Origin: Takakia lepidozioides
Taxonomy: Eukaryota; Plantae; Bryophyta
NCBI GenBank assembly: GCA_030704615.1
Contig: CM060731.1
Location: 18,290,001 to 18,354,000 of the forward strand
Direction of reading: 5' to 3'
Length of the DNA: 64,000 bases
Shown: positions 36,846 through 49,637 of the stretch, one piece after another
Layout: each line of letters starts with the position of its first letter
Numbering within the stretch: position 1 is the first letter of the stretch
Position numbers and translations under genes: made by a program
Notes under the pieces: generated by a model
What the model was told of the DNA's origin: nothing
The model's database searches: none
The model's input: only the letters and a program-made list of their open reading frames with translations

Positions 36846-37690
36846 CGCTACAGGTTCCTAACTACTCTACTGAAGTTTTCGCCTCGCAGAATTGGCGCAG
36901 ATGTACCGTATTCAACCTTTATGACTTTTTCGCGAGTGCTCAACTCCATGATGCCCTTGAAAACCTCTCTGTCGTGTTTCTTATTCTTATCCCGCATGAA
37001 ATTTGTCAACTTCTCATGCATCGTGTCGATGTCATGGGTTCCGAATGCTTGCATTACTACACGCTTCATGTCTTTAAAAGGCAGCACATTCTCTTTATTC
37101 TCACTGCGAGGAACACAGAAATGAATTAGTTGTGATCGCAAGTAATGAAAAATTCCAAACAATAGAAAAGCAAGAGGGTGCTTTAGTACCTTTGTTGTCT
37201 GAGAAGGCTCTCCAACATCGTCACTTTCTTGAGCAGCTCGGTCTCTGTAAAAGATCTCATTGGCGGAGGCGCCGAACTGGCAGGTCCAGCTCCTTCTCCG
37301 TCATTGATCGTACCCAGTTCCAGACAAGATCACAAGATCATCCTCAGCTGAAGTCAGGACAGTAGGATAGAGGTTCGGTCGATAGAATGGATGTGCACAA
37401 CAGCACCACTTCTAGATGCTCCTCACAAAAGTCATCTGCATCCCTGCTACACCATTCCTCATATAAACAATCAGTGCCCAAGTGAGCCAGGGGGAGGGGG
37501 TGTTAGGCAGAGAGAGGTCAGGATAGAAAAGAGAGACAGAGTAACAACGATGACGTTCACACCTGTGTGGCAGGAAAGTCAAAAATGCCTCTTTTTTTGG
37601 TGGAGGAGGTCTAGGGAAAAACAGAGAGAGGAAAAGAACTTTATTAGAGCAATGCCCATGGACCTAGAGCACAAAGAGAACAAAAGTATA

Positions 37691-38438
37691 GGGTGAATGC
37701 AGGGTTGACTGGACCAAAATGGACGTTACCAGCACAGTTTTAGATGACTGCAATTGATGGTGTCATCAATTGAAATTGAATTAACTCATTAAAACCAGCA
37801 AATATATATGTCATTGGATTCATATCTTCAATACGCACCCATAGCAACTTTCCAATCATGAATCCGATAAGAAATGACGCCGCTATGGACTTTTGAACAC
37901 CGTCATTGTGGACTGTTACCGCAATGAATGGAATTACAATGGACTCAAGTTCTCATATGTGCCATTGGTGAATTCCATTGAAATTTGGACATAAGGTGGC
38001 CATTTTGGTCCACATCATAGGTATGGATTTGAAGTGGCAAAATCATTTGTCATTTGACTCATATGGACTAATATATGTAAAAAAAATAGGCGTTTTTTGA
38101 AAAGTCCATAGCTCATCTTGTTTTTTGGATTTTGGGTGTCATTTGTTTTCTAGAAGTATAAAAACCTATAATCTTCAATAGTTAGGTGTCATATTGAAAT
38201 GTTTTTTGTAAACTCTAATTTTTAGTTTTTCATAATTTCTCTAAATAATATACTAAAATATTTAATGAATTATATCTTTAATATTTGGGGTAGGACTCTT
38301 TATTTAATATGTTCAATATACCATTATCTATCACTAAAAAAATATTTTGGGATAGTATCCTCAACTTTTGTTTTTTGGTCATGGACTTTCATGGAGCAGG
38401 ATCTGTCGTTTTTGGTCCACTCAAGCCTGCAACTGCCC
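37691..38438. mobile_element. ~750-bp non-autonomous TIR element, superfamily unresolved
   Basis: The left end gggtgaatgcagggttgactggaccaaaatggac matches the reverse complement of the right end gggcagttgcaggcttgagtggaccaaaaacgac. TA flanks both sides, and the interior is AT-rich and non-coding. Confidence 0.7.
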
Positions 38439-40264
38439 TAAAATTGAAGTACTAAAACAATGCCAAACAGAGAGAGAAAGCAAGAAAGAATTTACATATG
38501 CAGAGGAATAAAGAGATAGGAGAAAACTTAACCATGCTTGCGGTGTAGCCAAAACCCCAGCACACATGGACAAAGTGCAAGGCAGGAGCAGGCCGGAATG
38601 AAGACCACGAAAAGATAAGAAGCATTGATCGGACTTTGCCTGTTGTAGGCTTCTAGTCATCCACCCGAACCCCCTTTGGACAGCCCTGGGCGTTTTTCCA
38701 TATGTCAACTCTCCTTGCTATATATGGAAATAGGACGAAAAACAACTGACTATTTCCGATGGTATTGCACCAATACGGTTTACCTCAATATACAGTCCAC
38801 TCTGGCTTTCTAGATTTTCTCGAGAAAACGCTTAATCATATCACTGCATATTCACCTCACTATTCAGATCTAAGGAAGGCTGCATTTGATAATATTTTCG
38901 AGAGTAGGCTAGCACCCGATGGCCTTGCCGGACGATTCGAATAGAAAAACCTATTGGATATTGAGAATTTTCCCTTCTTCTGCTTCTTCTTCGCAGCTGC
39001 CACCTTTTTATCGAGCTCAGCGGATGCTTCAAGAAGGCTGAGGACAGTTCCCTCACCTACATCATCCAATGTCATCTTCATCTTCTTCTTCTTTTTCTTC
39101 GGCACAGCTGACAACTTTTTCTCGAGCTCAGCGGATGCTTCAGGAAGGCTGAGGACAGTTCCATCCACTACGTCATCCGATGCCATCTCAACTTGCAATT
39201 CCAGCCACGGTTCTGTTGAGTTTACATTCTCAATTTACAATTTGACCAATTCAAATGCAGTGGCCAAAGATGTTCTAAAGACAAATGAAACAAACGAACT
39301 TTCTAAGCATGTATAATTTGACAAACGTACTAATCAACCAGACACTCTGTACCCATTTTAAATCTAAATTGATGCTACTCAATTCAAGCCATTGACACAA
39401 TAGGAAAAATAAAGACGACGTTCAAATGGATTATACATGTATTGTGGACAACCTGAACACATAGAGCGAAACTACCCCAACAAGAAATGATTCAAAACTC
39501 GGGGCACAACATCAGTGTAAGATTGGAAAACGTCATAGTAGGGTCCATGCGATTGGATACAACGAATTGCTTATCGAAAAAATGTCTTTTTCTACCTTCG
39601 GATTCTGAACATTGCTTCACAATTCCTATAAAGATTATAACATTTGCATGATCATGACATCCCAATAGACTCACTTTTGGATTTGAGAGCTTCAACATGT
39701 TTGAATTCGTCCTTGAGGCCACCCACCGTCCCTTTGAATTCGTTCTTGAGGTATTTGAATTCGTCTTTGAGACCACGAACGTTGTCTTGCACATCACTAA
39801 GGGAGATCTACATAGCCGATAGCTTGTCATCCATCCCATTGAACCTACTCTCCAGTACAAATTTGTTTGTTGCTATTGTCCCGCCGCAAACAGCGACGAG
39901 AGAGGAAAACACAAATTTCATATCCTGGCTGTATCGCTTGCTGTAGGCAAACTCGAGTCTATTTATTCATTGCTTGTGACAAACCTAAAACAATGGATTG
40001 TAATTTTTCCAGGGACAATATGGATTGGCAATGGTGGCAGAGCTGAAGGTAGGTCTATGTGACAAGGCACAACCACATGCCTTGAAATACTACTCCGATG
40101 CGTGGGCGACGTTTTTCAACCCAAAACGAAATGAGTCCTTTGCGGCCACCTTCATCATGGAGTTGATGGATGCCAACCTGAGGTACACTATAGTCAAACA
40201 CAGATCAAATAAGAAACTGATTAGATCTACAAAAGCAAAAAAAAATGGAGGCAAAGAACAGTGA

Positions 40265-41070
40265 AAGCAAATGTTGTCCACGAAACTCAATCACTAGATG
40301 TGAAGCTTAACAATCACATATCACAGATTGTCTTCAATGTCATCATTAGTCTCCTATGAATCATATGGTCATTTGACTTCCTGGTTTATACTACATAACC
40401 TCGACATTGACTAGCGATCGCAAAAAAATTCTTCGAGACCAAAATGTTAAAATATTAAAAACATTCAACTTCTATTTCTTGGAACTAAAGCCTTCATAAG
40501 GGCAATAAAAGAAAAGACGTGGCATTTCCCAATTCATGTGACTCCAATCAACACGTCAACAGACAAAAATACTCAAGTATCATCCGTTCAATATCAAAAT
40601 TTCAAAAATGTATTTGAGAAGAAAAATGTAGATATGTTGTCGGAACATTGTTCATATGATTACGCCATTGAAATACAAAAAAGAACCCAACCACCATTCA
40701 GCCCAATTTATAACTTATTTCATACGAAGTTACATACATTACGCAAATATATAGACGAGAATTTGTCCAAAAAAATCATTTAATATTCATAATCGCATGC
40801 AACAACACTTATCTTATTAGTTAAAAATCTTTACGCATGTGTGTAGATTATCATAGGCGCAACAAAGTCACTATCAAGAATTGTTATCCGTTGACGTTGA
40901 TTTCTGAACTTCTCGAGTAACTTGGACTTATAAATATTTCTACAATGATCGACGTAAGATGAGCATATAATCTTGTATAGATAAAAAAATGAGACAAATG
41001 GAAAATAATTTTCTTACAAAGTATGGATATTTAAGTTGAATACATCGTTATGCCATTTGGTTTTTACAAA
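40265..41070 (+). mobile_element. Decayed Ty3/gypsy pol (protease-RT) fragment
   Basis: Reads FKNVFEKKNVDMLSEH..YDYAIEI..TQPPFSPIYNL...YIDENLSK, then LRMCVDY..NKVTIKN.YPL and YIVMPFG, with many stops. Confidence 0.85.
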
Positions 41071-41199
41071 TTAACACTGTTTGAATTTGAATTATTTTTT
41101 TAACATTGACTTCAGCAAACCATCCAATGTCATTTAAATGTCCTTATGATTATTACATCATCATAGGTGGACATTGACAACGTATTCAGGGAGAACATG

Positions 41200-42053
41200 A
41201 CTGGGGTCATGGACATACTTTCTTAAAAGACTGCCATGGAATACATCATGTACCTCCATCTTGAGGTCAACTCTAGCTTATAGGCTATTTTGCCAACTTT
41301 CTTTTATAATCCTGAAAGATCCACAGTACCTTGAAAAAAACCTTTCCTAGGTTCAATTGACTCTTCATTCTGATCCACCATTCTTTTGCCTTACCTCTCA
41401 TCTGTAAGGATGTTGTCTGAATCTTATCGGCGTCAGTGTAATCCTCACTGAAAAATTCTTCAAGCATTTCCAGGAATGAAAAGACCTATGTATAGGGTAT
41501 AATTGAACGGCCATGGAATTCTGACAACCTCACCATCTTCCTAATTTATATGTCCACTGTCCGTCTCTTTGCTACATGAGTAAGACCCCCATGACTTTCC
41601 TGTGATGAAGTAGATTTGGAAGGGGATCATTCCATCCGAGAACTTCTAGAATTTCTAGTCCTCGTCGCAGGATTTGTTTGTACATCGATAGATTGGCCAA
41701 CAGACAACCCTCATCTGGAACGGCACTAGGTTGCACTGACTTATCATGTGCTAACTGTGCCACTGCCAATTCCTTCACGGCAGCCTGTATGCCCTCTTTT
41801 ATGGCTGCTTGCATCATCAAGGGTGTCGTGAAATTTGCCTCACTACTAACAGAACGATCACCAACGGCTTTACCTGGATTTGCCATTCTTCCACAATTTG
41901 ATCTGCAGGTCAAGATCCAGTAGCTGCTTCCAAATTAAGATGCTCTGTTGTGACCATCTCTACGCTCTCACTCTTCAATGGAGAATTGTCGCTCATGTAT
42001 GTCAATTGACTCACGCGCCTCAAGTCCAACAAGCCCAAACCGCTCTGATACCA
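41200..42053 (-). mobile_element. LTR-retrotransposon 5' internal remnant (PBS + gag)
   Basis: An iMet PBS TGGTATCAGAGC lies on the minus strand at 42053-42042. A gag-like fragment LEEFF..DADKIQTTSLQMRGKAKEWW lies at 41467-41285. Confidence 0.7.
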
Positions 42054-42074
42054 AAGGTGACAACAAAAAGTGAG

Positions 42075-42690
42075 ATTATGGCAGAGCCAAAAGTACAAAT
42101 CCTTGAGACTCAAATCAGAACTCTTATGAATCGTTCCTGGAAAGAATGCTTGATGAAGTGAAAGATTATCCAATAGAGGAATCTACCTGAGAGAAGGAAG
42201 ATGAGATTTGAAAGAATTATCCCCACTTCAGTATTGAGGACAATACTCTCTTTTGAGAAGGAGGTGATATAACATACCTAGGATTGAACCTCTGACAATT
42301 GAACAATTATCAAAGAACAAGTTCCCTTCCATGTGAACGTGTCAGGAACGGTGAGATGGAATAACGTGATGGTCTATGAGCTTGCTAGCATTATATGATC
42401 AGAGTAATGAGGCCATACTTCAACATGGAAAGTGGCGATGCATAGGAATAAAGCACTGCACTGTGCATAGAAAAATAGCAAGTCAGCAGGTGTATATAGC
42501 TGGCTGATCGAGAGATTTTGAATGGAGATTTCTATGATCTGTGAAAATATTGTAATAATTATAAATGCCAAGTAGGTGTATATATGAGCCTGGTTGAAAC
42601 AGATTGTGGACAGGGACGAAAAGAATAGAGAATGAACGTGTATGATTTCTATTACCTACTTTCCATATTCATCTTGAATTTTTTATAAGT
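42075..42690 (+). mobile_element. Chromovirus 3' end: chromodomain, PPT and probable LTR
   Basis: Reads ILETQIRTL.NRSWKE.L.K(W)KDYPIEEST(W)EKEDEI.KNYPHF with a frameshift and stops. A polypurine tract gagaaggaggtga lies at ~42255-42267, followed by LTR-like sequence; the right end is uncertain. Confidence 0.65.
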
Positions 42691-44252
42691 TCGGTATAGA
42701 CTCATACGGCGTCGTAATGGAATATAACGAACTCCGTTGCAAATGGAATTTTGGGCAGAAAAATCATGATAGTCATAATACACATCTTCTAACATAATAA
42801 AATATATAACTCTGGACCTTTATGTACTCTCATGAAACTTTTGCAGTCGTTTTAAGTTTCTTTTCGACTACAAGTTCAACTCAATTACTTTGTAGTCATA
42901 CATTATGTGATGTCTTGCATGACAATGTTGTAGAATTCAATCTTCTAGTAAAAAATCAGCATCATAATTGTCACAAGTTTCTATTTTTCATCTAAAGGCT
43001 AATGGATGTCGACAAAAATTTCAAAGCAGTCAATTACTTAGTCGCATATGCGACTAGAAGGGTGAAAACATGTCTCATACATAACAACCATATATCTCTA
43101 GCCCCAATTCAACTTCCGAATAGTCGATAAACACAACAATAATAAAAAATGAAGAAACATCGACTGCATAATCGACTGAGCAACATATGATCTGCATTGC
43201 TGACGTAAGCACAAGCTTCATGGGAATGGCTAGTCGAAAATGCAGTGTAAACAAACACCAAGTCAAAATTCAATGGCTTTGGACAGTTTTTCTTCTATTG
43301 TGAAGCCTTTCAAGGCCTTTTTATGACAACGATTGTGTATTAACTTATACATTATTAGGACTACTTGAACAAAAGATACCCCCTTCTAGAGTGTAGGAAC
43401 ACCCAAAACATGCTATAAGTTTTGTAACATGTTGAATTTCAATATTTGCCTATTGCCACTCCTTGGAAATTGATTTATATCAAATACGAAGCCGCTAAAA
43501 AATAGATTTGTTTCGCACGCCAGATATCCCCTTGCAACCATAACACATTCTACTAAACTTAGAAACTGCACTTATTAAAGCAATTTTCACCCTCTATGTG
43601 GCATCTCATGCACCCAACAATATTATTTTCATCCATAAAACCTCTTCGACATCATCTCTAAATTACATAACAATTATATGTTTCATGCCTCTCAAGCATT
43701 TACAAATATCAAAAAAATGGAAATCCAAACCATAAATAAGAGGAACTGACAATAGAGGTTTCACATCCCCACTCAAGCCTAGCTCCAAATGTGAGAAATC
43801 CTAAGAGTTTGGATCGAAGAAAAATAATGCATACGCTTTAATATTGCATCAAACCCTACTTGGATCCCAAAAACATAAACATCAAAAATGTCCATAGAAC
43901 TAAAATCAACTCATACTTTAATCCCTTAATACCTAGCAATTCCCACCGTTCAGAAACTAATTATAAAGTAAGTGTTCCAACGCTCAAAAATGAAAACTTG
44001 GAAAACAGGAAAATTCATAAGTCAAACTACACTTTTCCAACAATATTTGTGTGCAATATTGTCAATAGGTACATGTAGTAGGTAGGTAAATGTTGATAAG
44101 ATTCACTTCTATGGATGAAAGACTAGGGCCTATTTGGGGCTGGCCCACCAAAACTGCTCAACGCTTAGGGGTTAAAGATGTATAATTATGGAAGTATAAG
44201 ATTGGTGTATGTACAGAATATAAAGCCTAAAAGTCATTAGAGTTGATATCTG

Positions 44253-44324
44253 GCCTTTATAGCTCAGTGGTAGAGCGTCAGTCTTGTAAACTGAAGGTCC
44301 AGAGTTCGATCCTCTGTGGAGGCA
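44253..44324 (+). tRNA. tRNA-Thr (anticodon UGU)
   Basis: Full cloverleaf: GCCTTTA/TGGAGGC acceptor, GCTC/GAGC D-stem, TCAGT/ACTGA anticodon stem with TGT at 44285-44287, and CAGAG-TTCGATC-CTCTG T arm. A TTTT terminator lies at 44327-44330. Confidence 0.95.
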
Positions 44325-46369
44325 CCTTTTGATGAATAATTAAATGCGTTCCGGTTTTAAAGAACAGGGTTCTTTGTGCATTATCCCAAAATGGAAATAT
44401 TACATATAATGTTGAGATCCAGAATTAATTAGAGGACAAAAGAAAAAAAAGCCAAAAAGAGAATATTTTTCGAGCGAGTATTGCGTTTTCCTGACACGCG
44501 GCGGAAGATCTAAAGTGGATCTGGCCAATGAGGGGTTTGGCTTAGATCTCTCGCCAAAAAAAAAACAAAGAACAGGATATTCGCTTTATGTGCTCGTCGT
44601 GGGGTGGATGGACTGTTTTCATCCAAAGTGTCTTTGACATTCTCCAAAGTGCAGGCAGACTGAATGAATAATATGAGATGAATACTGTTGGTCGGCCAAC
44701 AGGATAAGAGCCCATGATGGGGGCGCTCCAAATGGTTGAGTTCCCCCCACGTCCCCTGGTCGGGTGCAGGATCGGGACATGTGGGGAACGAGCCACCTGG
44801 CATTGATGTGGAGCAGTCTGGCCGTGTGCGCAGAGAGGAGAACGTATAGAACTCGTTCCCTGATATTTTTCACACATGCCAGAGAGGATTCCGCAAGCCT
44901 GTCTCTGCCAACTCTCCTAGGAGCAGCTTTTGCGGTAGGACTCAGAAAGGTTTGTCCCTGTCTGTCTGCTTGTCCTCGGCTGAGTGTTGTAAGAGATCGG
45001 AATGCGCCTGTGGGCAAAAGAGCAAAGGGGATTGCTGGTTGGAAAGAGGTTTCCAGAAGGATGGATGATCTGGCGTTGTGAATTGAGGCGTGTTGTGGGT
45101 TCCTTTGATTGTTTGGAAAAGCGGTCATGGTCGAGAATGTCACCTGCGATTCCGGCCTTCCATCTCTTGAAGAGCATGGAAAATTCCGTTACAATCTTTA
45201 TGGGCTTTCCCAGGTATTCTCTACTTTTTAGTGATGAATGGCTCAGAGATGGAGAAATCGATGGTCCTAATTTTAATGCTCCTGATTTGCAAACCATTCA
45301 TCTAGTGGCCTACTTGATGGTGGAAGCAGATGTCGGGTCTGGACACACCGGCTTTAGTGGGATAAGAGATACTAATGCGGAAGGGAAGTTGTAAGTGGAA
45401 GTTTTTGTCCCCACAAGTGATACCTGCTGCATTCAAGCTCACTGATCATTCGGACCACTTGCAAGGGAAGATCTTGGTTGTCCAACTGGGGGCGTCTCCT
45501 TGCCTTTGACATCCAATTAGGTTTAGTCCACAACCGCAGTCGAGTCGTTTCGATTGAGGTTGCTAGGTTACACGTTTTACAGCTGATGCTGAGAGCAGTT
45601 TCTGTGGAAAGTGGCTCTGAGGTGCTTACCAGGAGCTGACGGGTTCACCATTACTTTTAGAGATCGTAGAGCTTACGTTGAGTAAAATTTAGGTGTTTAG
45701 ATGCATCTACGACCTAAAGACCCAGCATCCCTGAGCAGTAGACACTAACTTCTTCTCTGGACATTGCAAAATGTTTTATACTAGCGAAGAGCAACCCTGC
45801 TCTCTTAGGGAAACTTCCAAACACTTTCCTTCTGCTTATAGAGCTTCAAGATAGTGTTGGTTATGGCATAGGAGTATTGACTGCTGACAGGAGTGTAACT
45901 ACTAATGTCAAATTTCTGGCCAGGATTAGGGCATGACCATGCTGGCAAAAATGTCGGGCATCAACATTGACACCATCAGTATAATCTATGATCTAGAGGG
46001 AGGAGCACTGCTTATCTGATTGAGAGTGAGAAACACCACCAACAGTACATTCAGGAAATCACACCCAATGCATGAAAACACGACTGTCTTCTGTTTCGTT
46101 CTGACTTTTCCTCCATGCAATGTTGGTGATTGTTTCCCACTCTCAATCGGACAACTCATGTTCCTCCCTCAAGATCGTAGCTTGTACCAACTGTGTAAAT
46201 AGGTAGGCTCTTCTTAGAGTCTCAACATCTGCTAGGATATTTTCATTCTGAAACTATAGTAGATGTTTTACTTGGTTTAATTGGTTTACTTGTCATTAAG
46301 AGGTTTCTGTCTTCAGTGGAAAAGGGTGAAGGGGAAGTAGACTGAAGGATACTGTGCATAATTGAGCAG

Positions 46370-49300
46370 ATGACCGTCAACGGTCTGAAGAAGCGTGAAG
46401 TCGGTATGTGTTTTGGATCTAGCAAGGTGAGATCCTTTCCAGACTCCCTTCGGTTCTTTTTCCCGTTTTGTTGAGCAAGCCTTTGGTCACATAACCAGGG
46501 TGTTTTGAGGGCTGTTTAGTAGTGCTTACAGAAGAGGGGCCTAAGCGAGTAGATGTAGATTTAGAAGGAAAAAGTGAAAGCACTGGACAACCTATCCAAA
46601 CAGGTGAAGAGGAGGTGGAACACAGAGAGAGATGATACTGTCATCATCAGACTTTGTTTGCTTTGGACTTGTTGCCTGGATGCCATGTTGATTTTGGCTG
46701 GACCAAACAAGCTGGGGAAGGGGGAAAGGAGGCACCACAGAATGCTTGCTCCAGCAGTCAGACTTATGCTGAGAAATCCAGTCAACTCTGGGCTTCCATC
46801 CCCAGTAAGCCATATCCTCAGTTTTGGGTAATCATCCCAGACACAAGGAGGTCACAGTTTTTCATGTCATATCAAAACACATTGGAAAGAGGTTCCCGTC
46901 ATTCTTCCAAGAGGGCCTATCATTTCCTTAGGAGGTCACAGAGAGAGAGTAGGTTACACTTTGCATTCCTCTTTGTAATGTTTGCCAAACTCTGACGTGC
47001 AGGATCTCTCTGGAGGAAAGGATGTCAGGAGAACCTCCATTGTGTGGAAGCTGCTTTTGTTAGTGGTAATTGGTGCCTGCAGCATTTACGTGTGCATGAG
47101 AGGGGTAGATCGCGGTTTCTCATATCAGCAAGCTCGACAAGCCACCAGTTGGCAAGGCCGGAATCAGGAAGAGGACTCCTGCCCTAGGCATGACTCATTT
47201 CTTAACTTCCCTCAACATCATCCCAAGCCCGTAACTTTTGATAGGTATCATGTTGCACCTCTCTCTCTGTGTTTATCCCTTTTTCCCTTAAAGGATGTCA
47301 TACATTTAGGGTTTCTAAATCTCTTTGGCCATGAATTGTAAGGCTTGGTGCTTTTGGGGCTCCATGATACGTTGACTGAAAGCAACACGTCTTCAGATCT
47401 GTTAGATGATGCTTCAAACACTCTGATTGTACAACCGGATGCGCACTACTGTTCAACATCTGTACGTTGTTGTGGATGTGAATCCCATGTGATGGTTTGT
47501 CCATTGCAGGGAAGAATGTGCATGCACACCTGTACACTATTTCGCAATTTTGTCAATGCAAAGATCAGGGAGTGGTTGGTTTGAGACACTTCTAAATAAC
47601 CACCCAAATATAAGCTCGCATGGTGAGATTTTCTCAGTGAAGCCACGGCGGCAAAATTTCAGCACCATTGTGCAGACCCTGGATGCTGTCTACAACCTCG
47701 ACTGGCATAGCAGTGCTGCCAAGAATGCATGCACTACAGCTGTTGGTCTGAAGTGGATGCTGAATCAGGTAACTCCCAGCTATTAAGGTTGAAGTAGATG
47801 CTTCTCTATCATGATGTATATACCAGCACATCCTTGCTACTGCTCCAACTAAAACAGCTGTGGGGTTTGTGTCCACAAGACTGGCAAAGTCTTATGGTAC
47901 ATCTGTCCCTTTGTCTCTCTTGTGTGCGAGAGCATCATTTCTTCTGATGCCGCGTACTATGAGATCTGAGGCAGATACTGCTGTGTTTCTTCAGAACTTC
48001 CCCATGCCTGGCAGTTCCCTTTTGTATGACGACCCAAAGTGCCTTGCAGCTTACCTGCATAAAAGGTACTCCACCTTCATGCAAAGCTTGAGCTTTTAGT
48101 AGTTCCAATTGGTATCTATGGTTCTATGGTCTATCTTTCTATATTTTTCCTTGGGCCTGTGGGCCTCCCACGGATGTAAGAACTTTCCTTCTTTCTTTCT
48201 CTTTCTCTCCCTCTCCCGTGGACACAATGAGAATTCTTTCTTTCTTTCCTCTCTCTCTGTAGGCAAATTAAATATTTTTTATTTCTCTCAATTTGGTGGA
48301 TCTGTCAGGGAGCAATGGAGTACAGCAGGGAGGTTTCAGCATATTTTCAACAGAAGGGGGTATCTGTAATAGTGTTGGTTCGACGGAATATGCTAAAGCG
48401 GCTCATCTCCATTTTGGCTAATGCCTATGATCGCCGTGCAAAGCCATTGAATGGCACCCACAAGTCACATGTGCATTCCAAGGAGGAGGTTTGTTCTCTC
48501 CCACCCCTCCTTCCCCATCAACACCTGTCTTGAAGTCCTATCTAGCCAGAATTTCGTGGATGAAGCTGGATATCCCCACACAGCATAGGATCACTCTCAG
48601 TTCTGATTCATTTCATGAATCAAATGATTGCAGGCAAAGACATTGGCAGAGTACAAGCCAATCATAAATGTGAAGCACTTGGCAAACAATTTGCAGCGTG
48701 TCCAGGAGATAACAAATGACACTCTCCACTGTTTCAACAACACGCGCCTCATTCTTGTGTATTATGAAGATTTAGTGAAGGTTCCCAGGGTGCGTCCCTA
48801 CTACCTCTGCTTTTAAATTTGTTCAGAACGAAGGAACTGGGGGTGAGAAAATGAACTACTGGGTGGGAAAATTCTATAAATATGGGAGGATGTAGAACTT
48901 TGTCCCAGGTCTGCGGTTTGCAGTGTTCTTTTTTTCATTTTTCCAAAATCGCTGGCGGGGCCACATGTGAATTCTATCCAGTGCCCATGTGGCGAGAATA
49001 ATGAGGTAGAAAGGCTAGAAAAGTGGCGTATATACCAGGTGGCACATTTTGAATGGTTCACGTCTGCAAAATTAGGCTCCTAATTCTCAACTACTGGCGC
49101 TTTTTGGTGAAATTTTCGGATTTTACCCCCCATATTTCCTTTGTACAAGTAGCTGACCCATTTTTGAGGTCGAAATCTGGCGATTTTTCGCGAAAAAAAA
49201 ACACACTAGTGGTTTGTGTCCTAAAAAGTAAAACGACTCTCACTCCGTCCATCACTCACCATATTTGGCTTGTTGTTGGATGCAATAGTGCTGTGCAAAT

Positions 49301-49637
49301 TCTTTAATTCGTCAACTAACGATCAATGCCTTTCTATAAGCCCATTGTTCATTTCAAGAAAATTAAGGGAACACCGTCCTCTCTCTTTTCTCCACATATG
49401 TTATAAACTCTTTCTTTCTGTCTCTCATCTCTCTGAAGTATGTTTTTCTGGTTGGGGTTGCAGAGCATGGAGGAAGTACAACGGTTTCTTGGTGTGCAGC
49501 CTAGGAAGCTGGAGAGTCAGCAAGTCAAAATCCACACGCTGCCCCTCAGGCAACAGATTCAGAATTGGGAGGAGGTTTTGACGAGGCTAAATGGCACACA
49601 GTATGAGAGTTTTCTCCTGGACGATGACTATGTATGA
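46370..49637 (+). CDS. Type II membrane sulfotransferase-like protein (NodH/Stf0-like, P-loop superfamily), 6 exons
   Basis: Exons: 46370-46426, 47003-47244, 47510-47768, 48309-48488, 48634-48789, 49464-49637. N-terminal TM helix LLLLVVIGACSIYVC; PAPS-binding-type SMQRSGSGWFETLLNNHPNISSHGEIFS; VGLKWMLNQG, RRNMLKRLIS and VYYEDL. The first exon is less certain. Confidence 0.88.
48921..49208. mobile_element. hAT-type MITE in sulfotransferase intron 5
   Basis: TIRs are CAGTGTTCTTTTTTTC..AAAATCGCTGG and (reverse complement) TAGTGTGTTTTTTTTTC..AAAATCGCCAG. The 8-bp TSD is gcggtttg (48913-48920) / gtggtttg (49209-49216). Confidence 0.75.

Noticed and set aside
42700-43260. AT-rich tract with tagtcg/cgacta motifs and the palindrome tagtcgcatatgcgacta
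   Set aside because: It is probably a decayed repeat; no ends, TSD or coding remnant could be defined.
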